From Camelus ferus (Eukaryota), in contig NC_045697.1 in NCBI RefSeq assembly GCF_009834535.1, positions 86,678,001-86,742,000 on the forward strand: 64,000 bases of DNA, in the 5' to 3' direction. How positions within the stretch are numbered: the stretch's first letter is position 1; each line of letters begins with the position of its first letter. A program made the translations under genes and the position numbers. Below, in pieces: positions 1-13,914 of this stretch. Under the pieces are notes generated by a model. It did no database searches and was not told the origin of the DNA. It saw only the letters and a list, made by a program, of their open reading frames with translations.

Positions 1-369
1 CTGACAGTGAGCTGACCTTACTTCCTTTACACCTTTTGTTTAGTCATGGCTTCTGTTCTTCTATGGCTTCTGTTTCCTGCCCACTCTCGCTGTCTCTTGG
101 CTTCTACCTACACTGTTGTCTGCTGGTTCTGATACTGAGTGATCTGAATTCAGACTCCGCAAGAAAGTGGTTCAGACTTAGAACTGTGTGACCCCAAAGT
201 CCAGCTCTTTCTACTCTGCACTAGGGGGGAACAGCATTCCTATACTGAAAGCTTTGTTGGGGATTATACCAGCACCTGTCCTCTTCCCCTGTTTATGAAA
301 GTTTTGGTTCTGTTTTGTTTTCTTTTATGGTTTGTTTTTAAATTTCTGCTTTGATGGGAAGTAAGTCAG

Positions 370-3193
370 TTTATTCTGGATGAAAACCAGCATCCAGTGG
401 ATTCCAGAAGTTTTGTTAAGAGTCTTTCTAGGATGTCTTCTCCAAATATAGAGGTAAACTGAAACGACTTGGACTTGCAATATCAGATGCAGGGAAATGA
501 GTTAAAGTATTCTCCCAAGTAGAAGTGCTCCCTACCCACTTCTGTGGTCTTTTGAGCCACTCAGGAGCTGTGGCCCCTATCAGGTGATTATGTACGTCAA
601 ACATGATGCTTTATAGTTTATGAGTTTCCTCATAGATGTTCTGAATTGTTCTGGAAACAAGATAACAGTGCGGTTCTGGCAATTTTCCTGAGCGATCTTT
701 AGGGCTATCCTGTGTGGTTAATTTGATCTGTGGAGCTGCTCCGTTATGGGTAATTTTGAAACACAGGGTTTGCTTATCTGTCTATCTCTCCTAGATGACA
801 ACAGTTAAGTATTGGTTCAAGGGGCAGCACCAGGTTTTTCTTGAAGGACCTAGAAAGGCTCATGCACAGTCTCTCTCCTTCTCTGTCTGTTCACCTGTCT
901 GTCTGTATGTATCTACATGAGGAGACACGTATAAGTCATTTACTAGGATGTTGATAGTGATTATCTTTTGAAAAGTGTGATTTGTGAATAAGTTTTACTT
1001 TTATATCCTTCTATTTTTTGAATTTTTGACATAAGCAATATTACCTTTATAGTAACAATAACAATAAACACCATTCTCTTTTGAGGAGAAAAAGTTTCAG
1101 CCTTCCCTTCACAGGCCATTGATTGTCCTCATACCTAATACTCTTCTGTGTGTTCTTCTTTTCCACTTACAAAAGAAAGATATAAGAAAAATAAGATGGA
1201 AAAAGTAGAGGATATTCTAAAAGATTATTCAATAAAAAAAGGCAAAAAAAATCAAAACGAACAGCTCTTGAAAAAGGAAAATGTAACATTGGTCAAAATC
1301 ATCACAAAGAGACAGGTAAATTCTTTGGTTTAATACAAGCAATAAAAACATGCAAGTTCAGGATTTGATATACAGACTCTTTTCAAGAGAAGTTTGCAAG
1401 CAAATATCCCAGAGGTTGACATTTCCATGTGGTAAAAAATTTCGAGACAGAGAGCACCTGCTAGAACCTTGAGTCTCAAATCATGAATACATATTACCAT
1501 AGACAAGGCCAGATGATCATCATCATTCAGTTTCTAATGTTTTATTTTCACCCAATAATTCAGGCCCATTTTCCAGATTGATTTCTCCTCCCTGCATCCC
1601 CCAAGCAGATGCCATTATTTATAGGGATTCCTGTCAAAAATTTTTTGGAAATATTTTTATCTATAGAAAGCAGATGGAATGCAGAAGACCTGGCAGATTT
1701 CCATGGAATAAATTTTCATGCTTCAGCTATATTGTAGGCTTTGTGTCCCCATTCAGGACTAGGGTACAAGCATCGTCACAATAGCAGTCACAAACAGTAT
1801 TTCTCTTGCTGTACTTCTACCGGCTTCACAGAAATTCCTTTGAGTTAATTCTGAAAGGCCCAGGAAGGAGGTCACTTGTGTTTGCCAACTCACTCTGCTC
1901 ACAGGTAGTCTTTTCCATTCCTACCCTCTTCTCCAGCTCAGCGTGGTGGTGTCCTGAAGCAGCCACCATTGTCAAAGTCCTTTTGGCTTTGACCAGAACT
2001 CTGGACAAAACTATCTTCTCTCTCGACTTCCCGCTGGAAAGCACTGCCTTGGATTTCTTAAGATCTGCAAAGCTCAGTTTATTTCATAGCTCTTTCAGTT
2101 TTTATTCACACTTTATTGCAGCCCCTTCAGCCTCGAACACAAACTTATATCCATGAAAGTTGTGTTGAAAGATAATCTTGGTAATAAACACTTTGGTCTA
2201 CACTCCCTCTTTTTTACCTCCCCACAATCTACTGTGATCCTTTGTTCTTGGACCAAACTTGAGGATGTTGACTCTTGTGTATGTGTGGATGAGTTTTTTC
2301 CTTCCCAGAAAGCTCTTCAGTCCTTTAGGTAAATATGTCCATTGTGGATCACCCTGCTGGCTTTGTGGACATGCTTAGACATACTAGAATTGCAAAATCA
2401 GTGTAGCATAAGGTGCCAAGCCCACTTTGCTTTCCATGAATTTAAAGTTGAGGTTTCAGATATAACAAAGTGCTTAGTGGGATAGAAATGTAAGAACTCG
2501 AGGCAGCACTTAAAGCTGAAGCACTTCGCTGGTGTAGGTGGGCACAGTGGGTCTTCTTTTTCAGGATAGTCATTTGAGTAATCCCTAATGGTTATGCAGG
2601 CAAAACACACATAGGCACCCATTGCCCCAGGAAAAGGGTGAAACAGTCTTAATATGGCCTGACCATAAAACATCTCTCAAGACCCCTTGATGTGCTGGTT
2701 GCTGGAGAAGAGGGAGGTAAATTTGCATTGTTGCCAAGCAACCTCCTGAGCGAAAGTAGGAAGGAATCCTTTTTAAATTCAGTTCATTTGAAAGTTTCTG
2801 ATGGATTGCGATGGTTCTGAGATGTTCCTACAGGTTGAAAGGATAGCAGGGCCTCGGGCAGCGCACCATAAGGTATGAGGAGCCTGTTCTGTTGGATTCA
2901 TGGGGCAAGGGAGATTTCTGTTCCACTTGGCTGAGGCTGGAGGGCTTCCCCAGGAGCCCCTCTGGCCTAGAGCTGAGCCTTTGGAACAAAGACTGTGAAC
3001 GTGTGGACTGGCTGGCTCTCTCCTTAAAGCCAAGTGTGGCAGTACCTCAGCCTGTTCTGAAACAGCAAGAGCATCGGTTCACCAGGAGACAACATCCACT
3101 GGCCTGTCTGGGATCCATGGCAGCAGCCAAAGCAAGAGTCTCTTCCACTTGGTGTGTGGAATCAAGACTGACCTTCTTGAACTAAGTAGGCAC
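370..3193 (-). pseudogene. Decayed large terminal exon(s), Ser/Pro-rich tail
   Basis: Repeat-free stretch with long interrupted frames (KERASQSTRSQSLFQRLSSRPEGLLGKPSS...; ORF 1826..2044). Further acceptor near 850; AATAAA at 375-370. Confidence 0.4.
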
Positions 3194-3396
3194 CTGATTT
3201 TTTTGATAGTTTATGTCAGTTGTAGGTGGAGGAAGTGGGGGAGGGCTCAAGATTGAGATACTGGACATGTAATAACTTGTAGGTGAGGCTAAAACAATTA
3301 ACTGCTAAAATGAGAGAACTATGACTACTTTCGTGCCTCTGAAATGAGAAAGCCTGTTATATGGGTTATACACATAGAAGGAAAGGTCTCACTCAC

Positions 3397-5168
3397 CTTC
3401 TGTTATAAGATTATTGTCCACTGTAAGTTAGGACTCAAATGAGGTTGCAGATTTATACTTTTAACTATAAGTCCTAAAATACTAAGTAATTCTGGGTTTT
3501 AATAATACAAGTTAATATGATTGTTTGCCTTACTTTGGTCTCTTTAATAAGCTGGGTCCATTCACACAGGTCTTTGGAATCAATCCAAATTGTCTCCTCT
3601 TTGGCTGGTGCCACTCACTAGTTCTTGTCCTGTGATTCCTGGTTCTTTGATTTGAGTCCGTCTCCAGACCTCAGCTATCCTCATCCACCTGGCCCCCTTG
3701 GACTATTCTGGGCTAGATTTTCTAGTCTGGCAATACTTTTTCTAGCCAAGCCTTTGGCAAATACCCATCTTTCTTCTACCCTCAGCTCCTGCTACTGAGC
3801 TGCCTCCCTATTAACGCAGGAGAATAAGCTGGAACACTGGGAAATAGAGGCCAAAGAATTCACTCCGATGCCATGTATCTCTTTGCTGTGCACTAGTCTT
3901 TTGAGATATTTCACACTCTGCTGCTTCACCTGTGGAATATGAGGATTAAACTAGATGGTCCTACTATGCATTGTGAATTAAGAAACACTATTTTCTGTGC
4001 TGGGTGGTATTTGTAATAATTTTGAGATTCACATACAAAAACAAAAGTTTAATTTGAATCAAATGTGAATTTTTGCCCTGAAGTATTCTCAGTGCATTCA
4101 TAGCTCTCAGTTTTTGACAGGCTCATGATTGATACAAAGTTTTTTTTAAAGTTAAACCCTTGGAAAAAAATGGATTTTTTTTTCAAAAAAGTGTATTTCC
4201 CCTTCTGAAGAGGGAAAGATGGAGGTTGATTAGAGAGTTGATATAATGGAAAGAAATGCTGAAATCCTGGTATTAATTTTACCTTAAAAATCTGGAGTTT
4301 TTATTCACACCAACTTGATAATATAAGCAAAAGCAATGGAGAAATTTGCCCAAGACTTGGTCTTCCCACCTTTATTCAAATTACTGTCTTTATTACTTTC
4401 CATATCTTAACAAAGGAAAAACTGAAAGTAAAGGAGGTGTGTGCACCACAATGACTTCAGTCATACCTTCCATCACTGAAAATGAGAATGAGCAAGCAAT
4501 TTGTTTTTCCACATTCAGAATCATATTTAAAAAAAAAAGAAAACCTCAATTTTTAATGGCATTAAGATTAGAAGCCATCAACGAAGGCAAGGAAGTTCAC
4601 TGTAGAGGATATGAAATTCCATCTAAAAATCACAAACCCAAGAAAACATAGTCTGCTGGTTTGATCATATCAGGAATCCCCTGCGCATATTCAAAAACAG
4701 TCTCTTCCCTGTAACAGATCTTTTTAGTCATGCAAAAAGATGTATCTCATGCACACAATCAAGAAGATTAGAATCAAATTCTTAAAAGGTTTGTTAAGTT
4801 AGGACTGCTTGTACCTTTCTTTTGACAAGAATTATCAACGACAAAAACTTTCTAAGATTTCAAACCTGAAAAGATTGTGTTTAACTTTTCTTTGGGCGGC
4901 AAGGAGGCTAGTCAGTAAAGACAGGTCTGCTTTTTATCGTTAGTGAAATCACAATGAGTAAACTGAAAGGAAGATTGGGTTGGGGTTTATGCAAACTCAG
5001 TTTCTTCCTCTCTACCCCTCTTCACTGCTCTGCCTGCAGAGAGATTTACCTTTGCATCTCTGTATCTCATCTGTTCGCTCTCAGGGCACTGCTAGTCAGT
5101 CCTGGGCAATTCTAGCATTTATGGTATGAAGTCTTTTATTGAACAAGGTCCAATTTCTTAGGATCAGC
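3397..5168 (-). pseudogene. Three exons (5168-5050, 4865-4815, 3420-3397)
   Basis: 119, 51 and 24 nt; phases 2->1->1->1. LILRNWTLFNKRLHTINARIAQD*LAVP*ERTDEIQRCK | GLKS*KVFVVDNSCQKK | VDNNLITE; donors gtaaat, gtacaa, gtgagt. Confidence 0.65.
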
Positions 5169-5379
5169 CTGTAAAAGCAGAGTCTCCAAATTGAAAAATA
5201 TAACAAGACTCACTATTCCTTTAAACTGACATGTACAGCAGTCATTTGGAGCTATGTAGCCATAGCTGTCAAGAAACATTTATTAGATGTCCATTTATAT
5301 TTAGAGCTGAGTGAAATAAAATGCACAGTGAATTCCATAGGCACAGTCTGACCCTTAGAGGCACAGTTGATAACAAGTA

Positions 5380-5545
5380 GTGATGATAAAAGCAACTACC
5401 ACTTGGTAGTTACCGTGTGCCAGGCACTTAGACTCATTTCATCCCTACAGTCACTCTAATAACTAGATATTATTACGACAATTTTATAGAGGAAGAAACT
5501 GAGGTTAGGAAACATTAGGAAATTTGCCCAAGGCTGCATGGCATA
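5380..5545 (-). mobile_element. MIR SINE
   Basis: attttatagaggaagaaactgagg core (antisense MIR). Confidence 0.7.
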
Positions 5546-5849
5546 CACTGTTCTCTCTGAAGAGTACACTACTGGATCGTATTTTCCTTGAGCATAAGTG
5601 AAGATTGAGCATGTAGGACTGGAGATAGCCTCTTCCCCACCTTTCTTTTTCTGTTTGCTGGATTATAAATATGAAAGTGCATAGAGTCCTTGGTTGGAGA
5701 GGGAAATAGAGAAAATGACAGAATTTCTTCTCCACTTCTCCACTGATTCTTGTCTCCTAGAAAGACTCCCTAGAGAGAAATAAGGAGGAAGCAGATACTG
5801 AAGGAATAATGAAATATTTATATAGTTTTGCTGTTTTGGGTTTTTTTGA

Positions 5850-6850
5850 GGGGAAATTTACAAAAGAAATACATCCTGGTTAAAAATTCAAGCAGTACAG
5901 AAATAAAATAATCTCACCAGAAAAGATTGCTGTTAATGGTTTATGTATATTCATCTAGATTTTTTCTATGTATGAATATATAATTATTTAAATAGGATCA
6001 TAATATACACATCATCATTTCATCTAATAATATGCTCTATAATTCTTTTTATATCTTTACTTCCTTTTTCCCCAGAACTTCTAGTATTTCATTGTATAAC
6101 TATACCATAATTTATTTATCTAATATTTCTATTTGGATATTTAAATTTGTTTACAGACATTCTACAATAATATTTTTATGCACACATCTTTGCAATATGT
6201 GCAGAGTAAATCCCTGGAAGTGGAACTGTCAGGTCAGAGGAAAGGCATATTAAAAATTTTAAGGACTATTGTCAAATGCCCTCCAGTAAGATGGTACCAT
6301 TTTATATTTCCACTATCAGAGTAGGAGAGTGCCTTTTTCCCTCTACTTTTGCCAGTGCTGGATATTATTAATCTTTCAACACATGCCAGTGTGATGGGTG
6401 AAAATTTTATCTTGTTATTTTGATTTGAATTTCTTTCATTGTTACTGAATTTCAGCATCTTTTCATATGTTTATTTGGCTACTTGTATTTTTCTTCTGTG
6501 AATTCCTAATTCTATCTTCTTTTTCTATTGGGAATTTAATGATTTCCTTATTGATTTTGATGAATTTTTTGTATGTTAAGGCTAGTTTAGCATTTGTCTG
6601 CTGTATGTATTGCAAATTTTGTTTCCTAATTGGTCTATTGTCCTCATTTTCTTCTTCTCTTCCTCTTTCCTTCTCTCTCTTTCCTATATAGATGTTTTAA
6701 ATTTTTATGCCAAAAGTTTTTGTGACCTTTGGACTTCATATATTTATTAGAAAGGTCTTTAACAGTCCCAAGATTATGCAAGTATCAATTCATGTTTTCT
6801 TCTAGTACCTTCATTTTTTTCATATTCAGATATTTGATCTAACTTTAATT
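5850..6850 (-). mobile_element. Old L1 (L1M-type) 3' fragment
   Basis: Antisense L1 motifs (ttgatttgaatttctttcatt, catcttttcatatgtttatttggc). Confidence 0.7.
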
Positions 6851-7574
6851 CAGTCAAATTTAGCTGGTAACCTAGGTTTTCAGGTAAAAATCATTTTCTT
6901 CAAAATGTCTACTTTTTAAATGTATGTATTTTTAATGTATGAGTCAAATAAAACAAACTTGGTGGCCAGATTTGGCCATGGACTGCCAGTTTGTGACTCC
7001 TAGTTACAAAGATTCTCCATAGGAAATTAAATAAGACCAGACTGATTGTTTTGTTGCTGATGGATGAAAGGAGTAGATATAGCATGTAACTAAAAGCAGG
7101 GAAAACTGTGTAACCACCTTTTTGAAGATAATGACCTTCAAGTTCTATCTCCTGAGGAAAATTACTTCTCTCTCAATTTCTTCATCTGCAAAATGGAGAT
7201 AATAGGTTTCAGGAAGCATTTATTATATTTTGGCTTTGTATGGGGTCTGGCACATGGGATAAGTCATTAAATGGTAGTTATTATGAGGGGTTCAAATGAA
7301 TTACAGATATGATATCTACCATTCCCGTAGCCATCTTCATGACATGGTCCAAGCTTGTTTCAGAAAGAACTGACTCAAGTGGAGAGTCAGTTAAAGTCAA
7401 GTAGTGCTTATGGGTTCCCAGTTTGTGTGTAATTTAGTGATGGACTCTGTAGGGCATATGGAAGAAGCATTAGACATAGTGTACTCTCAGGAAATACCCA
7501 ATTTGGTTAGGAAAAAATTAGATTTTCACTAATGAAAATTAAAACACAAATAAGGATGCTATAAATAAGTAATA

Positions 7575-7665
7575 TGTATGTGTGTGTGTGTGTGTGTATG
7601 TATATGTGTGGGTGTGTGTATATATAATATATATCATATATGTGTATATATAAATATATATAATA
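7575..7665. repeat. (TG)n/(TA)n microsatellite
   Basis: Direct observation. Confidence 0.9.
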
Positions 7666-8269
7666 TGTTTTAGCTCAAGGAGATTAAGTTGTAGGGGGAT
7701 GGAACTGAAGGCCTTGACAAATGTGTAGGGTTTATATGTGCTAAGGAAAGGGCATTCCAGACTTGGGGGAAAAGCATAGATATGGGATTGCATGGGTCAT
7801 TGTGCTCCACTGCAGATGGTGGAGGGGAGAGAGGAAAGAGAGATAAATGGGGACAGAGAGGAAGGGTCATGGCCCAGGGTAGAGTTGTGGGAATATTTGG
7901 GGGCAGACGCATTGAACTCAATAAACAGAGACAATTGTGGACTGACTATTTTGGAGGGAGAGGAACAAGAGTCTGTGACAGTGCAAAGTTTGGTAACAAG
8001 GGCTGATCAATGATTGGGAATTATGGGCATTCACATGGAAGTTGAAGTTATGTCTATGGATGAGAATGTAAAGTTAATAATAACATTTCTTGTCACTAAC
8101 ATAATCAATAATATGTCACTAACATAAAATATGGTCTCAAGAGTCTTTATCTTATCATTTATGTTTATCTTATCACTTAAATATTACAACAACTGTAGTA
8201 AGTTAGGTGCTATTATTCTCATTCTACAGATGAAAACACTGAGATATAGAGAGGTTAAGAAACTTGCTC

Positions 8270-8716
8270 TGGAAGAGAGAGATGTCCTCAATAACACTAA
8301 AGGGTCTGCCTCTTTGGGATCTTCTTTAGAAAAGCCACTCATGAAGTCAGTCCAGATGGGCCACATTTCAAAGGATAGACGCCAAGCTCTCACCATCTTT
8401 TGAATGCACCTTAGTACATAGGTCAAGATGAGGATGGGGTCACAGTGTCTTGTTGACATCTGTATCCTCACCATATGATACATCCAACAACCTTTCAGAG
8501 GATTAGAAGTGTGAAACAACAAGGCTCACAGAACAGAGAAGTTCTATTCAGGTGAAAAATAGTTCATTTTTGACTCAGTGATTTTCTCTGGTCATTGAGT
8601 CATGATTGCTTAATGCTTCCAGGTGCTTCAGTAATTCCCTCTTTCCTTTTTTGACTATTAGGTACTTTCTCTCACTTTTCCTTTGCAGTTCTGGGGATTT
8701 TTCAGATTTTTATTTG
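8270..8716 (-). pseudogene. Exonic region, internal boundaries uncertain
   Basis: Acceptor ttctctcccttgtag at 8717-8718. GCWMYHM and CIQKMVRAWRLSF (cf. RGSL1 ICKMLSPWYDEF as recalled). Confidence 0.45.
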
Positions 8717-9092
8717 CTACAAGGGAGAGAAAACCATTGATTTTTATAACTATATAAAATTTAGGTAAATCGAGTCACAGAATAACCAAGAATTTTGTCC
8801 AAGAAAACAAAGTTAATCTCTCTTAGCCTTCTCTTACTACCCTAAGTGGGGTCCACTATTTTAACTCATTTCTTTGTCCTATTTGTTCCTTTTAAACGAT
8901 TATATTAATTTGTTATTTGTTTGTTTCCTTTTTATTATTTGTTTTTCTTTATAGAAAAATTAAAAGCTCTTTGATTACAGGGGCTTTCTATGTTAGTTCA
9001 CTACCATACATCTAGCACCTAGTACCATTCCAGGAATACAGTAGGTTCTTCCGCATATTGCTTTCCATATGTTCCAAAAAGGAACTGCAATT

Positions 9093-9735
9093 CTTTTTTT
9101 TTTAAATTGAAGTACCATCAGTTACAATGTGTCAATTTCTGGTATATAGTACAATGTCCCAGTCATGCATACATATGTATATTCATTTTCATATTTTTAT
9201 TAAAGGTTATTACAAGATATTGAACATAGTCCCCTGTGCTGTACAGCAGAAACTTTTAAAATCTATTTTTATATATAGTGACTAGCATCTGTAAATCTCA
9301 AACTCCCAAATTTATCCCTTTGCAATTCATTTTTGTTGGTCTTTTTTTTTTTTTTTTTTTTTTTTGGAGTATGGTCAGTTTACAATGTTGTGTCAATTTC
9401 TGGTGTACAGCATAATGTTTCAGTCATACATATACATATATATATTTGTTTTCATGTTCTTTTTCATTATAGGTAACTGTAAGATACTGAATATAGTTCC
9501 CTGTGCTATACAAAAGAAACTTGTTGTAAATCTATTTTATATATAGTAATTAGTAACTGAAAATTTCGAACTCCCAATTTATCCCTTCCCACTCTCTTTC
9601 CTCCCTGGTAACCATAAGTTTTTTTTTCCTATGTCTGTGAGTCTGTTTCTGTTTTGTAAATAAGTTCATTTGTGTCTTTGTTTTTTTTCAGATTCCACAT
9701 ATAAGTGATACCATATGGTATTTTTCTTTTTTTTA
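9093..9735 (-). mobile_element. Two adjacent L1 3'-end fragments with poly(T)
   Basis: Poly(T) at ~9095 and ~9345, each followed by the same L1 3'UTR (cagttacaatgtgtcaatttctggt...aactcccaatttatccctt). Confidence 0.8.
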
Positions 9736-9769
9736 ATTAATTTGGGGGGGGTTGATTGATTTATTTTAA

Positions 9770-9846
9770 TGGAGGTACTGGGAATTGAACCGAGGACCTT
9801 GTGCATGCTAAGCAAGCACTCTACCACTGATCTATACTCTCCCCCT
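9770..9846 (-). mobile_element. tRNA-derived camelid SINE (Vic-1 type)
   Basis: Reverse complement has A box tagatcagtggtagag and B box ggttcaattccc, ending cagtacctcca. Confidence 0.85.
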
Positions 9847-11236
9847 GTAATTTTTACTAGTCATTTTTTGATAATAAAAGAACAGTTTGAGATCTGATTG
9901 CTATCAACAAGCTTGACTTTGAGAAAACAACCAAGTCTGGGTTGGTGATACAGGTAACTAAGACATACCTATGTGTTTTAGGCTAAAATGGTCCCTAGGC
10001 TAAAATGTTAAAGTGTTCTGGTTAAGTAACAGATACTTGTATTGGTAATATTACAGTGATACTTCCATATTCAATTATGAAGGGACTGTGGCAAACTTAA
10101 GTGTGTTCAGAGGAAAACGACTAAGATGAGAAAGAGTATGGAAACCACAGAGTTGTGGTAGAGGCTGTACAGAGGAAAGAGGAATGGAAGGTGAGGATTT
10201 TAATATCAGCTGGGGATATAACTGTAAAAAAATGAAATGAGATGAACATCAAAGTGCTGTTATATGGAAGAGGTATTCAATTTGTTCTACATTGTTCCAA
10301 AAGGAGAACTAAGATCAGAAAAACACGTATCAGGTCATCTTAAAGAAAAACTTGCACAGCTGTCCAAAAATAAAATAAACCTCTTTGTGCAGAACTAAGC
10401 TTTTTGTGATGACAAATGTTCAAGCAAGACCAATAACATCTTCAAATATATTAGTGTGAAAATTCTTACACATAGTATACAAAATAAACATTCAATTTAT
10501 GTTGGTGAATAATTGCAACTATGTAAAGTGATGGACTTGTTAATTAGCTTGATTGTGGTAATCATTCCACAGTTTATGCATATGTCAAAACATCACATCG
10601 TGCACCATAAATATACACGATTTTTATTTATAATTTGTCAATAAACCCAGAAGAATTCATATTTGGTAAATAAATGAGTGTATTACTGTGCAAGCTTAGA
10701 CCAAGTGTCCACAGACGCTTAGAAGAATGCTGATACTCTTCGATGTGTCTAGTATCCAGTCTGTACCACGTGGGATACACAGAGAGAAATCAGCCCTTGT
10801 TCTGTGCCTTAACAAAGGATTTTAGAGAAGGTAAAAAACCCTGATCTGGTGTCGAAGTTTTCTTGGAGAAGTTGTATGAATTGGTCCTCAAAGATTAAGA
10901 AAAACAGAATAAAGAAGATGTGGCATTTTAGAGAATTAGTACAAAGGTCCAGATATAAAATTGAACACTACATAAGGGACAGTAAGCATAGAAACTGATT
11001 AGAGTGATGTGTCCCCACTAGGGCAGCAGCTTATAGGAGCCAGACTGGGGAGTTTGAGTTTGATGCAAGGAACACGTGGAAGTTTTGTGACTTATTAAGC
11101 AAAGGAGGGATATCCTTAAAATATGTATGAGAAACGTTTACCTGATAGGTGCTCATCAGACAAAGCTGTGCATTTCAAACTGGGTGCACTCCCCTCACAT
11201 TCACACAACAGATTGTTCACTGAGAAATCATTTTAC

Positions 11237-12132
11237 CTGAAGATTTTAGGGGAAAGATAATTTTACCTATAAGTAATTTAAGACATTATTTTATATCAAA
11301 CAAATATGACAAAACCTAAGACTTCAGAGAAACGACATTCTTCACAGGTTGCAGAATGGATAGGTTCTATTCCAAGGGACTGCTGGCTCCCTTGGGCTCT
11401 CTGTGGCAGCTGGTCCTTAGACGGGGAAGTGTGAAGAGCCTACAAGAGTACGTGAAAGAGCACAAGACAGTGCCCAATTGATAAACACTGAGAACGTGCT
11501 GCTCTGGACACTGTGCTAAGTGTTGGGGGCAGAGAAGTGAAGACCGGGTTGCCCCGAAAGTAACTGTCCATCTGCTGGGGAGACAAGTACAGAAACAGGT
11601 AACTTCAATATATATTGGAAACCAATAAAAACCAACCCTGCACAGAATGGAGCCCTGGGTATGTTAGAGGAAACAACTTAGAGAATATAGTAGCAAACTG
11701 AACCCAGACGCTAAAGGGGATGAAACAGAGATCAGACCAAGATTTCTGTCCTGGAAGGCCCAAAGAATGAAGCTACTGCTAACAGAAAAGATAGACGTGT
11801 GATTAGGAGCCTGAAGTGGTGGCTGTTACTAAATAACTTGTTTAGTACAACTGAAAACTCATGCCTGGGAAGAAAGTAGTACATGAAAAAGACAGACACC
11901 CACTTAGAGAACTTGTTTGCACCCACACTGTCTGACCTAACTCGGCAGCTCTCCCACCTACCTGTGTACGTGAGCTCATTTCCACCAATGTTTCTAAGAC
12001 CCAAGTTCTGATACTTTCCAATTTTTAACTTACCCTGCCTGTTGAGATGAAAACCAGTCAAAAACTCCAGAATAACCTTTTCAATAAAGAACCCAGAGCC
12101 CTGCAGCTCATGATAAGAATTAGAATAAAGAC
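11237..12132 (-). pseudogene. Two open phase-1 exons (12132-12034, 11266-11237) of a second RGS-like domain
   Basis: 99 nt LYSNSYHELQGSGFFIEKVILEFLTGFHLNRQ|gtaagt and 30 nt GKIIFPLKSS|gtaaaa. Confidence 0.7.
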
Positions 12133-13189
12133 CTAATTTATAGAAATGGAATTATATTGCTGAGATTGGCACTTGAACTATGAATGTGACTTAGATTTCC
12201 AGTTTTTTCAAAGAAAAAATGGTAACAAACCCAAAATACAGTTTCTACCTTTCTTATAAAGCAGTGGTTTACGTTCATAAAATTGAATTGAAAACCAGTG
12301 GCACATTGGTAAATGAAGTTATTTGTTATTAATAATAGTTTTCAAGTAATAATCACAAGTAATTAATTAGCTATTGCTACTAGCTAACATTTATTGAATG
12401 TTTAGTACGTGCTAGGCACTCTTCTAGCTCAGCAATGGTGTAAGAGATGAATTCGTTTAATTGTCACACAACCAAATTTGGTGGATATCATTATTATCTG
12501 TGTTTTATGGATAAGATAAATGAAGCAGGGAAGTTGAAGATACTTGTCCATAGTTAGAAAGTGACAGAAGCTGGATTGTTTAAGAACTCCGCAGCTTAAA
12601 TATTTAAACACTGTACTTCCCTCCCTAACAATGCTAATAATCATTGCAAATTTTTTTTTAAATGGTTATCCTTGTGTGGGTCTCTCATTAGACATTCCCT
12701 CGAGTAAAAGAGAGAGAGAACGAGCATGTTACATTGAGAACAACAGGACTTGCACCCCATCTCAGGTAAACCCATGGGAGTGTATGATGCCCAGGTACAT
12801 TACCTGGATGTACATCTCAGTAGAAAAAAATGTTTCAGACTTCTGACATAGAAAATTAATTGATATTAAGTTAAACTCTACTCCATGCAGCATTTGCGAA
12901 AACTCAGGGGGCAACTTTTTATGTGTATTGCCAATAAACAGCAGCACGTGCCACGTTTCTGAGAAAACTTATCTTGCACCAACTTTACTTAGCTGGATAT
13001 TTCAAGCTACCAGCAGATCACCCTCAGCAGTCAGTCCTTTAGGAGCTGCATCCAACCTGGTTTATGTACCTCCCAGATTTACTCAGCACCATCTGCCCTC
13101 GTGGGTTCTCACTGCTTGGTCAGTGGAGTGCCCTGGCCATCATTACAGTCACCCCATCACCTAATACCACGTGCTGTCACTGCCTCCTC

Positions 13190-13670
13190 AAAGTAGTTGC
13201 TGGACTCTTTTGTCCAGGTAGTATCTGACTGGACCTACAGAGTCCAGTCCCATCACTCTGATCTCAAATGAAGCATCTTACTATAAAACATGGTATCCAG
13301 CTTCTCCAGCAGCTGCCTGGACAAACCAGGGCTCTACAACCAAGAACTGCAGGGGAGTTAATCTTACATGTGGCAAACTTTGACCACTGAGGCACAAGAG
13401 GTAGAAAGGAATTGGCTGATAATTCCTCTCCTTGGTGAACTGTTTCAAAGCACTGTGGTTCCAAAGAGCCTGTTTGAAATATATCCTTTGCAACTGAGCA
13501 GTCAACTGTGTTTCCTTGTAAAACTGGCCAGCTTGCTAACGCAACAACTTGAATTTGCTTTCTCTTCTTTCTTGCCTCATGTTCCTTTTCTCCTCACTTT
13601 TGCTGTCCTGAGATGTCACCACCTAAACTTTTCCTCAGGGTCTGTTTTCTGGGGAACTTGGGCTAAGTCA
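13190..13670 (+). mobile_element. ERVL-type LTR (LTR16-like)
   Basis: Ends tctgttttctggggaacttgggctaagtca; internal caggggagttaa...gcaaactttgacca. Confidence 0.6.
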
Positions 13671-13914
13671 AACTAATTATCCACTGTTTAAATGGCTTTC
13701 TATCTTAAGCACACATGTACCTTCAGATAATCTCTCTCTTTTAAGAAACTTCCTGCTTCTGAAACTCTACTCTGTTGCATTTTTCTCTCTCAGCCATTCC
13801 CAAAGTGTGGGGTATAGAAGTTATGAAGATGATATAAAAATTTTTGAGCTAGCTGGGTAATGAATGAAGTTTAGGGAACTTTAAAAGCCTTTAAAACCCT
13901 GTTACAACAGGAAA

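Noticed and set aside
5214..5265. Exon-like segment (ttcttgacag...|gtgagt)
   Set aside because: Would leave a 45-nt intron to the 5168 exon and form a stop at the junction; possible but unsupported.
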